This document shows, in pieces, positions 57,423-64,000 of a stretch of 64,000 bases of DNA. The notes beneath the pieces were generated by a model. That model had not been told where the DNA came from. It did not search any database and worked only from the letters and a program-made list of their open reading frames with translations. The translations under genes and the position numbers were made by a program. This DNA comes from Phoronis australis (Eukaryota > Animalia > Phoronida). Numbering within the stretch: the stretch's first letter is position 1; each line of letters opens with the position of its first letter. Location of the stretch: contig NMRA01000244.1 in NCBI GenBank assembly GCA_002633005.1, positions 1 through 64,000 on the forward strand, given 5' to 3'.

Positions 57423-60400
57423 CATTCAAAACTAGTCATTCGCTTTTTGATATGGTTTGCGCTATGATATCTGTAGTCTTGCTGTGTGTGTATCAGCCCA
57501 TTGTTGGCTTGAACCACCACACAGTGAACACATGAAGGCTGTGTTGGAAAATGGAGGAGTAAGACCAGGGAAGTATTATGTTCAAGATGTCCAAACTGTT
57601 CAAGTGCCTGCCCTGCACCGCGTGTGCCAGGTCAGTCGGAGCACGTGTCCATCTTGACTGCTTATGAAACTGGAGGAAATATTGTGTGCCTCGGTTTCAA
57701 GTTTAGACAGTAATTGGCGCCAGTGAAGAGAATTGGAAATCTAAATTAAATGGTTTCCACGATAGCATCATTGTAAAGAATTATGTTTGTAGTGCTCAAG
57801 AGATCGCAGCTGCTGAGTTGAAATTCTGAGAATCAATAATTGTGTTGAGGCTGAATATGTTTGGCTTCTTCTCATTTGATTTTTTATGTTGAAATTTGTG
57901 CAAGCCCAGTTGTTAAGTATTCGTGCTATAGGTACAGTTTATATGCCTGCAGTGTGTCTTCGTGCATAGAATAATACTTTGCTATATGAAACTCATTCAT
58001 TTCTCATGAGATTTTGAGCAAATTTTCAAAAAAGTAGATTAGGAAGTGGCGTAGCACATATCGTTGTTAGACAGAGCATTGAGAGAAAGGCTCTATTGTT
58101 TGCAACTACTACATTTCATCGGGGATTTCAACCAAATTTTAAATACACTTATATGCTTGTAAAGTGGTAATCCTACTGTTATTTCCTGAAATTTATCCTG
58201 TTCTTGATTTTCACGCATGCGTCAGGGTAGGAGAATGTTTTTCTGTGTGAGACTCCTTCTTTACCCAGAAGGTTTTGACCAAACGTTTTGCCAAGTATGC
58301 TTACAAAGTGCTATAACGCATACCATCAACACTTTCCGATTGGACCGTATCATCTTGAGGTTTGCTTCATTCTCGGTGTTCATGCATCCAGATAAATGCT
58401 CTGCAGTGCACAACCCCTTCATTTCCGACAGTTTTTGACTAAAACTAAGAAAAACATGTTTATGAAGTGTCCATATCGCATATCGTCGACATTTTACTGT
58501 TCATCTGAATTTTAGCCCATTCTTGGTTGCGTGGGTCCATGTATGACACCGGTCTTCTATGCTGTATGCATCCACCTACAGGTGGGGGTTTTGATGTCAT
58601 AGTCTCTGTCTTATGCATATCCCTACAGGTGGCGATATTGTTGTCATGGTATGCCTGGTCTCCGCTTCACTGGTATTTCAATAGAGAAAGCTTGGGCTCG
58701 AGATACGGTCCCTGCAAATCCTCAAAGAATATTTGAAATGCTGTAACACTGTTTTCCAATGGGTCTCAGTGTAGCCAAATAGTAAACCCACATTCTGTTA
58801 TGATTTTGGCCTCTTACCAAATATAAAGTGATCAGTGAACTTGGTCCTTGAGGTTGTGTAGAAAAATGTCCAAATTTGGCAAACTTCAGATTATCATGTC
58901 TCTGAAATGGCAGGTTAGATTCTTGTGAAACTTTCAGATAGGATTACTTGTGTAGTGTTCTCCAAAATGTGAGGATTTGTTTTTAAATGCTCCACTTTCG
59001 TACAAGGGTTGCTCAAAAACAGGATTCTTTGATCTTAATGAAAAAACCAAAATATCGCCTAAAACGAAAATGAAATGATAATTTAGAAAACTGCAACAGC
59101 TTTTTGAGATTTCAGCTTGAATAAAACTGCGGAAATTTGGTCATTTTGTTGATATCGTTATTTTGCTTTGAATGTACTTTTCTATTTTCTAATCTTACTA
59201 AAAAGATATGCTCAAAATAGCCCAAGTCAAAAATCAAATTCTACACGCTTACTGCTTTCAAAAAATATATTTTTACATTAAAATCAATATTTAGGTATGT
59301 GTCTGGCTGCCTGTCAATAAGGTTCCACAATACTTTTATGAGATGGTTTGTGGTCTTATAGAAATAGCAAACATGTTGTAACGTTACAACAGTAAAAAGT
59401 TTAAATCATCAGTTATAGATTTTTTGGCAAAGGGCAAGTTTGTGGTAGCTCAAGTATTTTCTGGAATGGATTACGGGCACCTTGTTGAAGGTTGTTAGGT
59501 TACATGGCTCTAGCCAGGAATCTAATGGCCTACACCTGTAGATTCTTAATGTCTAAGTGCTTAGCTGGGTGAATTTTCTCATTTTCCCCGATTTCGAGAT
59601 CAAAATATGACGTCAGGTATACATCTTGAAATGATTTAAGTGATAAATTCAATTTAGTCTTTATATAATCTGATGTTTCTTGATGCCGTTTCCATGCCGA
59701 CCTGTTCATTACCACTGGATGAGGCCTGAGGTCCTACAGTGTGTTAATAGTCACCGGTTAATTAATTAACTGACCCCAGTCAATGCTTAAGTGGTTTATC
59801 TCTGAAGACTTGAGTTAAAAATTGGGATGAAGCATTTCCCTTCCTATTTGTCTGTTCTCCATGCAGACCAGAGGCAAGGTACCCCATCTAAGGAACTTAC
59901 AAATTCCGAACAAGCATATGGTGCCCATTTACAGTGATTACCACAGTCAGTCAGCTGAGTTCAAAGTTTCAATGACCAGATTTTTGTATTGCTTTTGGAG
60001 CTTACAGATACAGGACCACCAAGTGAAGCAAAAGCACAGCCTGCAGAGCAAGATGATGTCTTTCAGTTGATCAGTGATGATATGTTTATCTTGGTCTGCT
60101 TTGTAAACAAGACTCAAGGCACCCAATGGACTTCTTAACACTCCTGTATTGCTCAATCAGCTGATTTCATTCAGGAAATACGTGTGTTTTTGTCTCACCT
60201 TTACAGTGAATGTGAACCAATGGTATCCATGTCATTATTTTCCTTGTGAATTCCTCCATGTTCCTATACTTGTGGTCAGTGTGCGTGTTCAGCAGAGGTG
60301 GTTACGGAATTCCTGATTACTGACCCATCACCGAGGACAGGTGTTTTTTCAGTTGCCCCTACTGTGGCAAAAAGTGTTGTTGTTGGCACGGGTTGCTAGG

Positions 60401-63317
60401 GGCGACTGCACCATCAGTGGTATGAATTCTAGTGCTGACCCAGCCCATGACTGATAGTTGTAAGTGAGAGGAGTTTCAAGCTAGCTGTACTTTAGTGACT
60501 GTGAACAATGGTTGTAACATGGAGATTAGTAGACATCATTTAGACGTTTGGATGGTTCATAATGGATGAAAATGGTCTACAATTCTTACATTCCTCGCTG
60601 CTGAAGAAATATCGATTCTTAACACAGAGGGAGTTAGTTACTATCTGCAGTTCATGCGGCCCGCATTATGCGCACCTGCTCAATGTGTAAGTCTCACACT
60701 GTTATTCTGGTGAAAATTTCATTTACTTTATACCAATAATCTCGAGATGCAGGTTTGACAACCAATTATCAGTTTCCTTTTATTAACGCTTCAACCACTT
60801 GTCAAATCGCATACAAGCTTAAGATATTGTGGGAAATATGCCAGATCAAAAGTTACACGACTTCCGAGGTCGAAGATTATGGGAAATTGCCGAAACAGAA
60901 GGTACACACACCTTTCTTTAAGATAAGCGAGGGCTGCGAGTATGGAAGGCAGGTTCATGACATCTTTAAACAAATTGAGTCTCTTCATTTCTTTCCTGAC
61001 AATGGACCTAACGATGTCCTCATTTTTGATAATTTGTGATTCGAAATTTAAGAAAACTCAGTTGCTATAAACAGGGGTTCTTATGTGTTATGGAAATGGG
61101 GCTTAAAAGGTTCCTTGGTTATGTAAAACCCTTGAAAATGTTCAAATTTGGCTAAATTTGGAACATCATATCTCAGAAATAACTAAATGAATTATTCCTA
61201 TAAAATGTTCTGATGTTATGCTTTGTGCACTTCTCTACAAAACTGTTAGCATATTTTTTTAAATAGTCTTTTGCTTGAGGGGCTACTAAGAGAAAGGACT
61301 TGTATGATCTTTCTAGGAAAAAAAACTAAAGTTGCGTAAAATGAACACCAAATTATTATTTTAAAAAACTGTGTTTTTGAGATTTCATTTAGAAACCAAA
61401 TTTGGTCATGTTATTATCGCTGTTGTTTTGTTATGAAAGTTGTCTTTCTTTTTTGATAAAGGCATGGTCACATGACCTGATTCTCAGCTTGAAACCTAGA
61501 TGTATTTGTGATAGGGAGTCATTTTTATGACTTAGAACAATAACAAACTGTCGTTCTTTTCTCTTCTCATTTGAGTTTAAAAAATAAAATGAGATAAGTT
61601 TTATAGCTATCACTGGAAAAGTTCAGTTTTGTTGACTGCATGCGGCGTATAGTTGCTTTATAGTATGGCACTGATTACTGAATGAGTTTCAGGTGCGTTA
61701 ATGGATCTTTCTTTGCCCAGCACCGGTTGCTGACATCTCTACACCTACACTATACACTAAGTGTTAAGGCATGTGCTCATTCCACCTCGTCTTACAGTGG
61801 CTCAATGCTATCTAACATTCCACACCAGTCTCAAATCCATTGTGGCTGATGGACTTGGCTATCTATATGCAGCACATGGCACCCTGGTGGGGTCTGGCAT
61901 ATCCTGGTAATTCTACGTTCCCATTATTTTCCATTGGTATTCAGTGAGGGCACCTTTATCAGATTATGCTTAATATTGGGGTTTTACGGTTGTTGTTTTT
62001 TAGTCTGACTAACAGCCTTCTTCTTGAGGGAATTCTCTTCGTTTTCAGCTATTGATCACTTTCTGTTTAGCGGAGTCGAATTGATCGAAGACAATCTATT
62101 TACTTGATTGTGTGTTCTTTGCCTTTGGCAGATGGCTCAGTCACGCCTGTCAATGTTTGTGAACATTTCGCCTGTGGTAGGTCACAGAGTTAGTCATTTC
62201 AGTTTATGAAATGTGCTAAATGTGTACAATGAGAAGGATTATCCCAGGTTTCTACAACTTGAGATTTTCTCCGTGTGTCATTGATTAAGCCAAGTCTAAG
62301 CCCATCTCTACTGGCTCCTGATTGGATCATGTTGACTCATTCCGATGTTATGATGCTGGTCTGAGACGTTATCGTAGCTACAGATGACCAGTCCATACAC
62401 TGAGGGACAGATTTTTTAGGTGGAGAGAAATATTTTTTGTGAACTGTCCAGTCGCTACAGATTGACGGATGCCCAAATCTTCTTCCTGTTGTTCAAATAG
62501 CCAGTTGATACCAAGTCACCCCTCTTTTGGGTAAGTGGAAACCAAAGAAATGGCATGAGTATTACTACACAGCTTGTACCTGTTGTATACAATGTGTTAC
62601 AGTAAATAGTTGTCGCAGTGTGTACACACTCTGTACCAAACTGTTGCGCTCGCTCATACTGCTTGGCAGGAATATGACACTTGCCTTCGTAAAATTCTAA
62701 CTATCTGTATGATCAACAGTCAATTGCATTCAAGTGCAAGATAAAACAATGTGGTCATTCTCAGATTACAGTTACATAGCTCAGAATTGGCTTGATAGCT
62801 TCCTATCATTCTAATTCATGTACTTGATGCTTGAACACCTAGAACTTGTGATTTACTGTCAAGTGTGTCTGTGGGCTGTAGTAGCATTATGGTGAAATCT
62901 TCACCAAGAATGAGTGCCAAAGTTGTCTTTTCATTTTGTATTTGCAAGTTTGTGAACGCCCACAATTTCAAAAAATATCTTGACGGGTGGTATGGCACTG
63001 GAGATGAACATACTAAAGCATCAATTGGGTGCTGCAATGAATAAATGGGGAAAATTAATTTTCTACCGTATTATTTCACAAATTGGTGAAATTCTACTTA
63101 TCCAAAATGGGTTACCTTGGAGATATTGTGTGCTTGTCACCTTCTACATAACTGTGAGGTCACGGCATTGTCATCTCAGAGGGCAACTGTCCACACCAAG
63201 GGTGCCATGTCACAAGCCAGGCAAGACCCTCTGGCCCCTGCCTGGCGTCCCTTCAACTACCCGAGTCCCTTCAATGTCAGGTAGTCTACTGTAGCTAAGT
63301 TGTCATACGTTTTATTA

Positions 63318-63385
63318 CTCACACACACACACACACACACACTTGAAAATACACACTTACACACGCACACGCACATGCACACATG
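63318..63385. repeat. (CA)n microsatellite
   Basis: CA run with degenerate extension. Confidence 0.9.
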
Positions 63386-63739
63386 CAGTTGCCTGGTTCT
63401 CAGTTGTCGTATTTCTCATTACACTCTCACACACTTCTTATTGTCTCTCAGACTGGATTGTAGTTCTGCACACTGTAATCTCAAGTGAAACCTGGTACAC
63501 AATAATCAAGACTCAAGACTTGTATTTTGCAAATTTGGCGAGTTCACGCTAGTCCCTGAGGGATTTGGAAATGTGTTACAAGCTGAGCTCGTGATTATCT
63601 GAGCAGATTTCATCACTTGACTGTGATTATTGGTGCTTTTTGTACATCTCTGGTTACCATCCCAACATTAAAACTCCAGTTGGCAATTTTATATGTGCTG
63701 AAAATACAGATGTTCTGTCTTCTTGGTCTTGACTGCTCG

Positions 63740-63900
63740 AGTTGCCATCTCGGTCTTTGTTTAGTGGCCGTCTTGGTTTTTGTTTAGTGGCCATCTTCAT
63801 TTTTATTTAGTTGCCGTCTTAGTTTTTGTGGAGTTGCCATCTTGGTTTTTGTTTAGTGGCCATCTTGGTTTTTGTGTAGTGGTCGTCTTGGTTTTTGTGA
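63740..63900. repeat. ~20-bp degenerate minisatellite (TAGTGGCCATCTTGGTTTTTGT)
   Basis: Direct inspection. Confidence 0.8.
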
Positions 63901-64000
63901 CTACCATTATCTGTGTCTGTGTTGCTTAAAGGTTCACAAACTGGTAACTTACAGATTTTCTCAAAACTTGGAATTTTATCTCGCAACCAAGCGTTTGCCT

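Overview
Eukaryotic (invertebrate animal-like, AT-rich, repeat-laden) genomic DNA, not prokaryotic. The dominant feature is a complete spatacsin (SPG11) gene on the minus strand. I reconstructed it by hand as 42 phase-consistent coding exons from 51074 down to the stop at 13081, giving 7518 nt or about 2505 aa. Intron 3 is a U12-type (minor spliceosome) GT-AG intron. Exon 41 appears twice, inside a 1.4 kb tandem duplication split by an N-gap. Head-to-head with SPG11, an SRPK gene starts at 54009 on the plus strand; its first two coding exons are here and the kinase exons lie beyond the window. Convergent with the SPG11 3' end is an uncharacterised 168-aa ORF (10322-10828). The rest is transposon debris: an internally deleted Kolobok-like element (TTAA flanks, THAP relic plus opposite-strand KolX-like relic), a long-TIR MULE-like element, CAG..CTG MITEs with 5-bp TSDs, tRNA-derived SINEs, hairpin MITEs, a repeat carrying arrayed CTCF-like motifs, and many minisatellites. 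I found no convincing wholly new biological system; the best leads are listed as findings.
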